Position numbers and translations under genes: made by a program
In this document: positions 9,783-19,364 of the stretch, piece by piece
How positions within the stretch are numbered: the first letter of the stretch is position 1
Layout of the letters: each line of letters starts with the position of its first letter
Notes under the pieces: model-generated
Told to the model about the DNA's origin: nothing
Database searches by the model: none
What the model saw: the letters and a program-made list of their open reading frames with translations, nothing else
IMG/VR virus record: IMGVR_UViG_3300028048_001169
Span: 64,001 to 128,000 of that record
Strand: one strand, 5' to 3'
Origin: a virus
Lineage: Duplodnaviria; Caudoviricetes
DNA: 64,000 nt

Positions 9783-9793
9783 AAAACACATGA
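9578..9793 (+). CDS. small hypothetical protein
   Basis: 71 aa; GGAG RBS; lies between the direct repeats. Confidence 0.5.
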   Translation: MSDKNVNQKQETRLSNDQLWDKAATSEPITRADLGLMTTDTYGGLQNLNEGFNVFFVRNIIKTIKKGNKNT

Positions 9794-10845
9794 ATATTAT
9801 TGTAGAAAACACAGATTTTAACAACGAAGATATTACTGATGTACTTAATGTAAGTCACGTTGCATTTAACGGTGTAACTATTGATGAAGATAATTGCAGG
9901 GTATTTGTTAACTTCGATGCAGTTGTATATACTAATGATAGAATGATAAATGGTGATGATAGTGAAAAATTCTTAGCATTATCTTTCCCATTAGAGTATA
10001 ATGATGAAGATCTTGGTAATACTGATCCAGAAGACTTCTTTTTTAAGTTTAAGAGTATTGAGTCTAGAGGATTAATCTATACCAATATTGATAATCGTTT
10101 AGCAATCTCTTGTTTTAGAAGATCTGAGCTAGATTTTGACAATGATATTTGTAATGACTTCTATATTTATGCTGCAGATATTGTTGAAGCAATTGTTAAG
10201 AAACCAGAAGATGAATATAAAGATGTATCAATCATCAATTTCCAGCTGGATGATTTTGCTAAGGTAATGGATGTATTGCACCGTCTTACATCTACTAATG
10301 TAAATGAGATCGAAGCATTTGATTTTGATGAGATTAATCATCTTGTATATATGGATAATGCAACTATTAAGAGATCTTCTGGAAGCATTCTTACAAAGAT
10401 TAAAAATATATTCTGTACTGATATCGATGAGAATATAAAGAAGATTACAGCAATCATTGATAATTATCATCTTACATTCTCCGATGATGCAGAGAAACCA
10501 GATGAAGTACATGACTATTATACTGTATTACCTCTTATCATGGAGATCGATTCTGTAAATCCAGATAATTTTGATGATGGAGTACTGCTTAAGGATGAGA
10601 AGGAATTAGGAGCTGCTATATCTAAATTAGAAGATGATGTATATCTCTGCAAGGATATTGTTCCTGTAAATTATTCTATCAATGAAGCAATTCCATCAAC
10701 AGATTTCTGCTTCACTTATGGAAACAGAAATGACTTAGATGATATTACATGTATTCTCGTAAGTTCAGGGCAGTATAGTACACTTTATAACTGTATCGCA
10801 GACTATGTTCGTTATGGTAAAACGAAGTCTGTAGTAGAAGATTAA
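9790..10845 (+). CDS. acidic hypothetical protein
   Basis: 351 aa, D/E-rich; AAAGGA RBS. Confidence 0.75.
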   Translation: MNIIVENTDFNNEDITDVLNVSHVAFNGVTIDEDNCRVFVNFDAVVYTNDRMINGDDSEKFLALSFPLEYNDEDLGNTDPEDFFFKFKSIESRGLIYTNIDNRLAISCFRRSELDFDNDICNDFYIYAADIVEAIVKKPEDEYKDVSIINFQLDDFAKVMDVLHRLTSTNVNEIEAFDFDEINHLVYMDNATIKRSSGSILTKIKNIFCTDIDENIKKITAIIDNYHLTFSDDAEKPDEVHDYYTVLPLIMEIDSVNPDNFDDGVLLKDEKELGAAISKLEDDVYLCKDIVPVNYSINEAIPSTDFCFTYGNRNDLDDITCILVSSGQYSTLYNCIADYVRYGKTKSVVED

Positions 10846-11176
10846 TATACTAACAATAAGATAAAGCCCACAAAGCTTTCATTCTTGTTAGCCTTTCTAA
10901 AACGAAATATACCCTACTAGGTGTTAAAGCCTAGTAGGAATATTTCAACAGAGTAACGTATTTATATAGAGGCAGTGCAAAGTAAAAGTAACCAAGGTAG
11001 ACAAAATCACTTATACTTTACTATATTGTTAGTATTATAATATGAAAAGTCGATAAATAAGAGGTATTTTCATTGTATAAATTGATCGAGAATTCATATT
11101 ATTTTTATTTTTTATCAATATAACTTTTTTATAATGATTAAATTAGCTTTCTCTATGAAGGGGGATAGTTTATAGT

Positions 11177-11785
11177 ATGAGAAACGATATCATATACACA
11201 CGAACAGAAAACCTTGAACGAATGATTAGATCAAAAAAGATTATACCATATCAAATACGACCAAATGATAAATATATTAAAGGAAAATGGTATTATAATT
11301 TTGAATTTGGAGAGATATTTAAAGTACTAGAAGTAGAATATATACATGGTGTGGTATTAGATCATGTATGTACTAAATCATTAGATAATCATTATAGTTA
11401 TTTATGTACTGATTTATCTACAGAGGATTACCAAATAGCATTTGATTCCAATGAAATTTATAAACAAAATATATTCGAAGAAAAACGTACGTATACTGGA
11501 GCAGAAATTAGATACTGGTTCTTTATGAATAATATTCATGGATTCGATAAAAAGTATAGTGTATTTTGGGATTACGTTGATACATTTTCTAAACGAAGAT
11601 TAAAAGATACATCTCGATATATTATTAAGTCTAAGATGGAGAATGGTATTTATACAGAAGCTAAAATTATAAAGATTCCAGAGAAGAATAAAGAATGTAC
11701 AAAGAAGGATAAAAATTATATCAAATTTATGAAAGATTTGAAAGATCAGAACATGAAGAGTATGATGGAGATCAAGAAACCATAG
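11177..11785 (+). CDS. hypothetical protein
   Basis: 202 aa; GGGGG RBS. Confidence 0.65.
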   Translation: MRNDIIYTRTENLERMIRSKKIIPYQIRPNDKYIKGKWYYNFEFGEIFKVLEVEYIHGVVLDHVCTKSLDNHYSYLCTDLSTEDYQIAFDSNEIYKQNIFEEKRTYTGAEIRYWFFMNNIHGFDKKYSVFWDYVDTFSKRRLKDTSRYIIKSKMENGIYTEAKIIKIPEKNKECTKKDKNYIKFMKDLKDQNMKSMMEIKKP

Positions 11786-11805
11786 GAGATTTAAATCTCC
11801 TATGG
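11780..11805. terminator. terminator between convergent genes
   Basis: Perfect 26-bp palindrome CCATAGGAGATTTAAATCTCCTATGG. Confidence 0.65.
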
Positions 11806-11814
11806 CTATCTTTA

Positions 11815-12351
11815 TTATTCCTCATTTGAGGCATCAAATTTTCCTTGATCTTTTAGATCCTTAATATAGCAAATCATCTGATAGTTAGAGCGGAAATAAA
11901 TTGAATAATTAAATTTATCTTCGTTAAATCTACGGATGATCATAGCACGATATACAGGATATCCAGATGCAATGGTTTCAATAAGCTTCTCATCTAACTC
12001 TTCATTTACTTTGCTATATCCATGATCAGTCATAGCTTCAACTGCTAAAGATCCCTCTTTTGTACAGTATAACATAAAGAAGCAAACCTGAGTTTTACCA
12101 TCGTAAATCATATCAACTTCTTCTTTATTTTTTACATACTCTGTGATTAATTGGAGATCTTTAACGTCGGGAGTTTTAGACTCAAGGCAATTGGAAAAAG
12201 CCATTACATGAAGGTCCGTATGTTGTGCTAAGATGGATTCTAACTTTTTGCAATCAATAGTAAAGTGAATCATATCATTGATATTATCGCTACTATTATT
12301 AGAATTGCAGCTCTTTAGAATTAGATGCTTTAGTGACTTAAAGCCAATCAT
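11815..12351 (-). CDS. hypothetical protein
   Basis: Start reassigned to MIGFKSL, which follows a GGAAGGAG RBS. Confidence 0.7.
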   Translation of the reverse strand: MIGFKSLKHLILKSCNSNNSSDNINDMIHFTIDCKKLESILAQHTDLHVMAFSNCLESKTPDVKDLQLITEYVKNKEEVDMIYDGKTQVCFFMLYCTKEGSLAVEAMTDHGYSKVNEELDEKLIETIASGYPVYRAMIIRRFNEDKFNYSIYFRSNYQMICYIKDLKDQGKFDASNEE

Positions 12352-12523
12352 CTCTAGCTCCTTCCTTGATATTACAGGTATATCTAGATGGTACATTATA
12401 TCCATCTAGATATATCGTTGTGAAAAGACATAGTGTTTCTTCTTTACTTAATATATCAATTAATGGTTACGATCTACAGTTATACAATATATCCTATCTC
12501 AGTATTTTAGTATTATATAATTG

Positions 12524-14812
12524 TTAATATTCGTCATCGTCACCCATAGGCTCATCAGACACATCCATATTCTTAGTAGCATTAAGATTAAGGTTATGCT
12601 TAGCCTGTTCGATCTGACGTTGAATCTTATCAAAATCAAGATACGTGCCTAATTGATCATGAATAAAGATTTTAATGAATTCTGGCTTCAATTCTTCATT
12701 ATCAATAATCTCAAAGTCAGCAATAGATTGTGCTAGTGTCTTTGTATTATCAAATAACTGATTGAAGTTTGTCATTGTTAAGAATGCTGGTGCAGGTAAA
12801 TTAACCTTAATACCAGTTTCATTCTCATTGAATTCATAATTGTAAAGCTTCTGGAATATTTCAGAGAAATGCTTCTGACAAATATATTGTCTCTTGAATA
12901 CTTTACGTAAGAATTTAGAGTTACTCATTGTAAAACGAGTAGCAAAGTCTACCTGATTAATACTTTGTACAAACTCATATGGTACATCGGTATTATTAAC
13001 AGCAGACTCTTCCATACGATCCATCAATTCTGATGGAGTTTCTGACTGTTGTCCAGGCATTACTTCAAATTCAATTGGAGCATCTCCAGAAGGTGATTTA
13101 GGAATAATATGATCATTATACTTACCAATGACATTGAAAATTGTATTCATATTTTCCAACTGTCTCATTCCCATATTACCCTTCTTAAGCTGAGATACAA
13201 CATTCAGCATTGTACGAGCAACATTTGTTTCTACATTCTGCTTTACATAATAGATTCTCTTATCTTGAGAACGTGATACTTTATTAATAATATCTGTAAG
13301 ATATAATAAAGCATACAGCATAGCAGGAACAATAGAATTCTGCAAATCAGATATACCTCTATGAGAATGCTTATCTAATGAAAAATAGAAATGATGTACA
13401 TCTTCTGCAGGGATAAACGTTACATTGATAGTATTTGTTCCCATAGATGCATTGAAGTTATCATTGAATCTCAGAATAGCAAAGATCTCTTGACGTAAGT
13501 CTACATTCTGATTAATAAATCTAGAATCGATTTGATCTGATAATTCTGCTGCTATATGAGCTACAAGCATATCAGTCTGTCTATCTAGATCTTCATCTTT
13601 GATTCTAGAAGATGATGTAATACTATTAAAAGTATTACCCATAACAACCTGTCTGGATACATAGTTATTAACTACATTGAAGTAGTAATAACCAATGCAG
13701 AAATCACCAATATAGAGAGGAATGATATTCTCTCTAGGAATTTCATACATAACACAACCAGCCATATCTTTAATATGATTTGAATCATCCTTTGGTCCTT
13801 TATCACCTAAACGATTATACATACCATCATGAGATATAGCCATTGTAGAATCATAGGTTAATGTACCTCTACTCCAGTTATTATCAGTACCTTGTTCAGA
13901 ATCTTCATGTAAATAAGCTTCAGATAATGACTCGTATTTACTTTTTGCATCAAAAGCACTCTTTACTTCAGAAATAGCCTCTGGAATAATATTATAAGGA
14001 TCAATTCTAAGAATTACTTTACCTTCATTTTCATTTAAGGTACTCATAAATTCTTTTGACAACTTATTCTCATTATTATCATCCATAATACCTTTGAATG
14101 ATTTACTCTCAAATATAGTTGTCTGGTTTCCAGAATATAACTTACTATTTTCTTGCATTGTAACTGGTGCTTGTTTACGATCCATCAGTCTCTTAAATGC
14201 TACTTTATAAGGTACTTGATATAAGAAATACTCACCATATTTCTGAGCTGTCTTATGCATATCTTCAAATAAATCCTGAATGTTATATTTGTCGATGATG
14301 CGCTTTGCTCTATGTGAGAATAGTGTAATATCTTCTTCTGATGATTTATTAGCCGTTACATTAACGAAATCCTTTGTAAAGTTATCGGAAGATAATACAT
14401 TATCTTTCATGATTTCTAATGCTTGTGCTAACTTAGGAACGTATTTAAGAATTAAATCATATTGATAGTTCTCAGCCTGAATAAACTTCTCTACGTTTTC
14501 CAGATTAATACTATCAATAACAGTATTATCAGATACTAATGATTCTAATTCTTTATTTAATGAATCTGTCGATACACCATTCTTTTTATTTATTCGAGTA
14601 ATAAGTGTTGATATACTTGACATATCTTGATTATTAATCGAAGATAACAAATCATCAAGATTTGTGTCGATATCTCTTGTAATACGATCCATATCATTTC
14701 GATTATCTACTCGAGTAGAATATACAGAATTGTAAATACTATCGACCGAAGAACTTAATCCATCTAGTTTCTTATTAATTCGTCGATAGGATAAATTATT
14801 ATTATCGGCCAT
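12524..14812 (-). CDS. portal protein (T4 gp20-like)
   Basis: KVSRSQDKRIYYV, DHIIPKSPSGDAPIEFEVMPG, TDVPYEFV and KFLRKVFKRQ..FSEIF parallel the T4 gp20 motifs in the same order. Confidence 0.8.
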   Translation of the reverse strand: MADNNNLSYRRINKKLDGLSSSVDSIYNSVYSTRVDNRNDMDRITRDIDTNLDDLLSSINNQDMSSISTLITRINKKNGVSTDSLNKELESLVSDNTVIDSINLENVEKFIQAENYQYDLILKYVPKLAQALEIMKDNVLSSDNFTKDFVNVTANKSSEEDITLFSHRAKRIIDKYNIQDLFEDMHKTAQKYGEYFLYQVPYKVAFKRLMDRKQAPVTMQENSKLYSGNQTTIFESKSFKGIMDDNNENKLSKEFMSTLNENEGKVILRIDPYNIIPEAISEVKSAFDAKSKYESLSEAYLHEDSEQGTDNNWSRGTLTYDSTMAISHDGMYNRLGDKGPKDDSNHIKDMAGCVMYEIPRENIIPLYIGDFCIGYYYFNVVNNYVSRQVVMGNTFNSITSSSRIKDEDLDRQTDMLVAHIAAELSDQIDSRFINQNVDLRQEIFAILRFNDNFNASMGTNTINVTFIPAEDVHHFYFSLDKHSHRGISDLQNSIVPAMLYALLYLTDIINKVSRSQDKRIYYVKQNVETNVARTMLNVVSQLKKGNMGMRQLENMNTIFNVIGKYNDHIIPKSPSGDAPIEFEVMPGQQSETPSELMDRMEESAVNNTDVPYEFVQSINQVDFATRFTMSNSKFLRKVFKRQYICQKHFSEIFQKLYNYEFNENETGIKVNLPAPAFLTMTNFNQLFDNTKTLAQSIADFEIIDNEELKPEFIKIFIHDQLGTYLDFDKIQRQIEQAKHNLNLNATKNMDVSDEPMGDDDEY

Positions 14813-14842
14813 TCCAGATAACCTCCTTTTTTAGAATATAAT

Positions 14843-14853
14843 TATTGGGATGT
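14843..14853 (-). promoter_or_regulatory. late promoter ACAT-N5-TA
   Basis: (A)ACATcccaaTA upstream of portal. Confidence 0.65.
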
Positions 14854-14933
14854 TGAACCAATACAAAATTAAGGACTAGGCTCATAAAGAACCTAGCCCC
14901 ATAGATAAATATAATGTATCCTAAAGGATTAAT

Positions 14934-15887
14934 TTACCATTTACCATTATTACCCTGCTTGAAGCCTTCTGGTAATTTACCATAGTTAAGCAGATTATCA
15001 CCGCTTTTGCCTATATTTTCACTATTTTTATCAATAATAGAATAGTTATACTCAGCTGTATCGAATGTAACTCCACTAGCAGCGCCCTTCTTTGTACTGA
15101 TTCCACTTTCACCAGCAGGCGTACGTTCATCAACTTTATAAGTACTTCCAGTGATATTCTCAAGAAGAGACTTAGCTGCCTTGTTTACAAGAACACCTGT
15201 AATTGGGAAGCAGTTAAAGGAAATATTTACTTCTCTATTTCCAATATCACCATGAGTAGAATCATACATAGACTGCTCAGCACTTACTAACTGTGCATTA
15301 CACAGAAGTACAGCCTTCTCGAGACGAGTATATGTATTATCGGTAACCATATACATGAGAGTGAATACTTCATTCTCTAATGATGGTTCCAAAAGACCAC
15401 TCTTAATAAGACCATGGTATGTCTTAGCTTGAGAGTTCTTGTCCTTGATACCAGTAAGATAATACTCAGTAAATTTCTCAATAAGAGAACCCTGCTTCTC
15501 ATAGTAAGGCATAGATACAGAAATAGATGTATCCATTGTTACTTTATTGATATACTGAACTTCATTGATACCATCGGTAATAGTACCAGTAGCACCCTGA
15601 ATATCTGGAAGTCCTGATAATCCTCTAAATTCAAACTCAAGCATATGAACGAAAGAGTCTACCATATTCTTAACAGGATCACTTTTTTCACCAATCTTCT
15701 GTAAGTATCTAGGAATACCTAATACAGACAAAAAGCTATATCCAGTTTCGAACTGATCAAACTGACCAATCTGAGTAAAATCTGTAATACCACGGAATGC
15801 CTTATACTGAGTAAGGTTTCTAGGTCTAACAACACTAGGATCGGTCAAAATTCCTGTATTTATACTTCCTGTATTTTTATTTGACAT
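14934..15887 (-). CDS. tail tube protein
   Basis: Directly downstream of sheath; beta-rich tube-like pattern (GLSGLPDI, SVSMPYYE, VLLCNAQ, EVNISFNC). Confidence 0.6.
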   Translation of the reverse strand: MSNKNTGSINTGILTDPSVVRPRNLTQYKAFRGITDFTQIGQFDQFETGYSFLSVLGIPRYLQKIGEKSDPVKNMVDSFVHMLEFEFRGLSGLPDIQGATGTITDGINEVQYINKVTMDTSISVSMPYYEKQGSLIEKFTEYYLTGIKDKNSQAKTYHGLIKSGLLEPSLENEVFTLMYMVTDNTYTRLEKAVLLCNAQLVSAEQSMYDSTHGDIGNREVNISFNCFPITGVLVNKAAKSLLENITGSTYKVDERTPAGESGISTKKGAASGVTFDTAEYNYSIIDKNSENIGKSGDNLLNYGKLPEGFKQGNNGKW

Positions 15888-15904
15888 TATATATCCTCCT
15901 TTCC

Positions 15905-17842
15905 TTAGTTACCAGCGCTCACATCGAGATCTTGCTGTGTTGTTGATGTTACGTCCTCAGTTGGGAGTGCATACAAGTCAAATATTTCTGACTGAGCCCA
16001 GTTATTAAATCTGAATCTCAGGATACCATAGAAGATCTTCTGTGAAGCCTTAACAGCATCTGATACATATTCAAATGAAAGCTCTGCGAAATTAGACATG
16101 AAGTTAACAATTGAACCATTAACAACATTTGCGTACTCTGTGAAATCGTTTCCAGATGCAAATGTATATCTCTGACGAGGACAAACTCTACGAATCTCAC
16201 GAGCTACTTCTTCGATAGCAAGAACGTTATTAACGTAACTAAGCTGAGTAAGAGCTTCCTGTGATGTGTAGAGAGTCTGAACAACACACTGATCCTCATG
16301 ATAAACAGCATAGTTTACACGAAGATTCTCTAAGAGACTCTTCTGGTTTACTACTGGAGTGATACGCGGAACAAAGTTCAGAGTACCCTTAATAGCACTT
16401 GGAAGAATCATACCATTTGCAATACCAGCTGCAGGATATGCTGCTCTATTTGCAAAGTGATCAACCATAACAGCAGCAAAGTCATACATCATTGTAACTC
16501 TGATTCTCTTACCATTATCAGGATCATACATCTGATATGTAGTAAAGTAATCAGCAATAAACTTGTTATTTGTATCGAATTTATTGATAATATCAACAAC
16601 TCCATCATAAGAGTTTACTTCGATTCCAAGATCACGGAAGAACATGCAGTCCTCACGGAATGTAACAAGCTTTGCAATAGCTTCCTTAACGCGCATACTA
16701 TAGTTAGCGTCGAATATCGCACAAACACGATGCTCATCAAGATCAAAAATCTCATCAGTAAATGTACCATCAAAGAAATTGATCAACTGAGTATCATACT
16801 CCGCAGACTCAATCGGTTTAGAACCAAATGCACCATCTGTACCGTTGGTAAGAGGTACACCATATGCTGAATCAAGATCAATAGAATCCTCTGTTAATTC
16901 AATACCAGCCATCTTAGTTCTACGATCAGTCTTAAGGAAAATAACATCAGATCCATAAAGCTTCTTTACTGATAAGCCTGAAGCTGCTGATAATGCCTTA
17001 ATGTAGTTTGTATATACATTAGGTACTTGTAAGAACTTAACCTGCTCTGTTGTGAACTCATTGAATCCATAATTAGTACCATCAAGGATAGCATTAGGAT
17101 CAATAGCAGCTGTCTGAGAATCTACAACTGTAGTTCCTTCTAAGATGGATAAATTGTAGAAGAAGTTAGACAGAGTCTTTGATGAGTTATAGTCAGGTGT
17201 GAACTTAACAGTCTTGTTAGAAGTACCACGACCATTATCTACGATTACAAACATAGGGAAATCACTAGAATTTGTAATTGTAATTACACCGTTAGCATCA
17301 GGTTCTCCAGCCTCTGCTGTTCCGATAACCATCATCTGCTCAGCCTGCTCTAATACAGCACTATCTTTCTGAATACCAGCTACAGATACAGCAGTCCACT
17401 TTACAGTAGATTTAGTTGTAGTTGTATAACGAGTAGTTGCATCTGTATCTCCACTTGTATCTCTACCAAGAATCTCATTCAGAGTCTTGGCACCTTCTAC
17501 AGTAGTTCCAGCAGGTACTGGTGTAGCGGTTACATTACTTGTTACAGTTGCAACAAGAATTACATTAGCTAAAGTAGCATCATCTGCTACTACACGCTTC
17601 AGCAATACCGCACCACCATTGTTGATAATATTAGTAATCTGAATAGCTGCCTGACCATGCTTTTCGAATGAAGGTGTACCATATAATCTACGATACTCAT
17701 CTCCAGCAACGACGCGCATGTCTTCAGGACCTTTATCAAAGCTAGCAGCCGCTAAAAACAGCGGGGCGTTATCTGCTACGCTAGCTTCTTCAACTTGGAT
17801 TGTTGAATTGTCAATCCAATTAAAACTAGTTCCAGGATACAT
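15905..17842 (-). CDS. contractile tail sheath protein
   Basis: MYPG start, FDKGP..YRRLYG, LKRVV, LTNGTDG, FREDCMFFRD, YPAAG, LSYVNN are typical sheath motifs. Confidence 0.85.
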   Translation of the reverse strand: MYPGTSFNWIDNSTIQVEEASVADNAPLFLAAASFDKGPEDMRVVAGDEYRRLYGTPSFEKHGQAAIQITNIINNGGAVLLKRVVADDATLANVILVATVTSNVTATPVPAGTTVEGAKTLNEILGRDTSGDTDATTRYTTTTKSTVKWTAVSVAGIQKDSAVLEQAEQMMVIGTAEAGEPDANGVITITNSSDFPMFVIVDNGRGTSNKTVKFTPDYNSSKTLSNFFYNLSILEGTTVVDSQTAAIDPNAILDGTNYGFNEFTTEQVKFLQVPNVYTNYIKALSAASGLSVKKLYGSDVIFLKTDRRTKMAGIELTEDSIDLDSAYGVPLTNGTDGAFGSKPIESAEYDTQLINFFDGTFTDEIFDLDEHRVCAIFDANYSMRVKEAIAKLVTFREDCMFFRDLGIEVNSYDGVVDIINKFDTNNKFIADYFTTYQMYDPDNGKRIRVTMMYDFAAVMVDHFANRAAYPAAGIANGMILPSAIKGTLNFVPRITPVVNQKSLLENLRVNYAVYHEDQCVVQTLYTSQEALTQLSYVNNVLAIEEVAREIRRVCPRQRYTFASGNDFTEYANVVNGSIVNFMSNFAELSFEYVSDAVKASQKIFYGILRFRFNNWAQSEIFDLYALPTEDVTSTTQQDLDVSAGN

Positions 17843-17906
17843 AGACTTTCCTCCTTTAAAGATTATTATATTTACAAGACCAATTACTAAAAATTAATCT
17901 AATATT

Positions 17907-17917
17907 TATAGTTATGT
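17907..17917 (-). promoter_or_regulatory. late promoter ACAT-N5-TA
   Basis: (A)ACATaactaTA upstream of sheath. Confidence 0.65.
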
Positions 17918-17929
17918 TGAAATCTAATA

Positions 17930-18676
17930 TCAACCAGTAACGATTCTTTCTACAGGAGAAGTAGCATCAGTGCCGTTAGAAGTCATGTTCATAGCAGCTA
18001 ATAGAGAGTCATCCCAGTTCTCAGAAGTTAATGATGTATATGGTGATACAAACTTAGGAATTGTCTTAGCAGATATCTGACGATATCCATACATTGATTC
18101 TTCGATCTTCTTAGAACAACGGAATGGTATTGATGGATCATCTGGATCTCTACAGATACCTCCAATAGCTATACCAAATAACTGCATATTTAATCCATAT
18201 CCTTTACCATTTAATGCCATATTATCTGGTAAATACTCTTGGAGTTTATTATATGGAATATTTGGTGGTAACTTATTTTCTACTAAAAACATGATACGGA
18301 ACAACATATCAACGTTATCAATATCCTTAGGAATATTAACATCTGATATTGCTTCATCTCCATCTTTGAAGTGTAGTACTCGATAATCCATTGGTTTTAA
18401 ATTATTAAGAGATAAATCCTTTACCTTCTCAATATATCCAGGTTTACACTCAATCATTGTAGGAAATTCAAATGGCCTAGCATTTGAATGTTTTCCATTC
18501 TTATCAACTGTAGCCCAATCAAATACACCTAATGCATATACAGTAGATCCAACAACCTTAGCAGTTGGATTCTTTGTATCTCCAAAATATGCTTCTGGGA
18601 TATAGTATACTAATTCACCTGTACCAGAATATAATAGTTTCTCTTCCTTTTGTTTTAGAAACGGTGGAAATTTCAT
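17930..18676 (-). CDS. RNA polymerase beta-prime C-terminal fragment (probably virion RNAP)
   Basis: C-terminal SPYTSLTSENWDDSLLAAM...SPVERIVTG resembles beta-prime region H (SFxSAASFQETTRVLxxAA...ENVIxG); lies in the late structural block. Confidence 0.6.
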   Translation of the reverse strand: MKFPPFLKQKEEKLLYSGTGELVYYIPEAYFGDTKNPTAKVVGSTVYALGVFDWATVDKNGKHSNARPFEFPTMIECKPGYIEKVKDLSLNNLKPMDYRVLHFKDGDEAISDVNIPKDIDNVDMLFRIMFLVENKLPPNIPYNKLQEYLPDNMALNGKGYGLNMQLFGIAIGGICRDPDDPSIPFRCSKKIEESMYGYRQISAKTIPKFVSPYTSLTSENWDDSLLAAMNMTSNGTDATSPVERIVTG

Positions 18677-18701
18677 TATATATCTCCTTTCTATATAATA
18701 T

Positions 18702-18712
18702 TACTTAGATGT
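18702..18712 (-). promoter_or_regulatory. late promoter ACAT-N5-TA
   Basis: ACATctaagTA upstream of 18676. Confidence 0.6.
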
Positions 18713-18786
18713 ACGATTTATAAAAGTTACAATATTTTAGATCAGTATAGATTAAAAATCTACTTTTCTTTTTTATCTAAATTCAA

Positions 18787-18797
18787 ACATTCCTATA
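18787..18797 (+). promoter_or_regulatory. late promoter ACAT-N5-TA
   Basis: (A)ACATtcctaTA upstream of the 42-aa ORF. Confidence 0.55.
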
Positions 18798-18836
18798 CAG
18801 AGTAAATTATTTATATAGAGAAAGGAAGTTTTATTT

Positions 18837-18965
18837 ATGGCTGAGTTACGTACAATTAATGAAATTATTGATAAGATTAAGAACGAGGATAATCTGTTTG
18901 TTAATATTCCTACTGATGATCCTCATCATACTCAATCAGCTTTTTATGATTTCATTAAGGAGTAA
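18837..18965 (+). CDS. 42-aa small protein MAELRTINEIIDKIKNEDNLFVNIPTDDPHHTQSAFYDFIKE (not in the ORF track)
   Basis: Has its own promoter, an AAAGGA RBS and a downstream terminator. Confidence 0.6.
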   Translation: MAELRTINEIIDKIKNEDNLFVNIPTDDPHHTQSAFYDFIKE

Positions 18966-18977
18966 CATCAAAAAGAG

Positions 18978-19010
18978 TCTTCTGGTAGAATATTCTACCA
19001 GAAGATTTTT
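18978..19010. terminator. bidirectional terminator
   Basis: Perfect 28-bp palindrome TCTTCTGGTAGAATATTCTACCAGAAGA flanked by A and T tracts. Confidence 0.75.
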
Positions 19011-19248
19011 ATTTATTTATCAATTCGGTTTCTACAATATCTGATACTTCACAACCAAGACAATCAGATAATATAATAATCTTTTCTACAGATACTTTAT
19101 TTATCTTTTCAGGGTTTTGCTCATAAGAAGCAATACTCTTTTTATTAATACCTGATAGATTTGCTAGTTCTGATTGTGTCATCCCTTTACTAGTTCGTAT
19201 CTTTTTCAGTTTTGATTTATAACTATTTAAAATTGGATTATCTATCAT
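19009..19248 (-). CDS. XRE/Cro-family HTH regulator
   Basis: LKKIRTSKGMTQSELANLSGINKKSIASYEQ...LSDCLGCEVSDI; start taken after the AAGGA RBS. Confidence 0.9.
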   Translation of the reverse strand: MIDNPILNSYKSKLKKIRTSKGMTQSELANLSGINKKSIASYEQNPEKINKVSVEKIIILSDCLGCEVSDIVETELINK

Positions 19249-19304
19249 ATTAATCAATCCTTTCATACTTATTTATATTTTCAATATAACAAATGATTTT
19301 TTAA

Positions 19305-19315
19305 TCATATATTAT
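19305..19315 (+). promoter_or_regulatory. early-type promoter TCATATATTAT
   Basis: Exact motif upstream of 19365. Confidence 0.75.
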
Positions 19316-19364
19316 AATAGAGTAGTATAATGTAAAGAATTATATAGAAGAAAGGAATTATATT

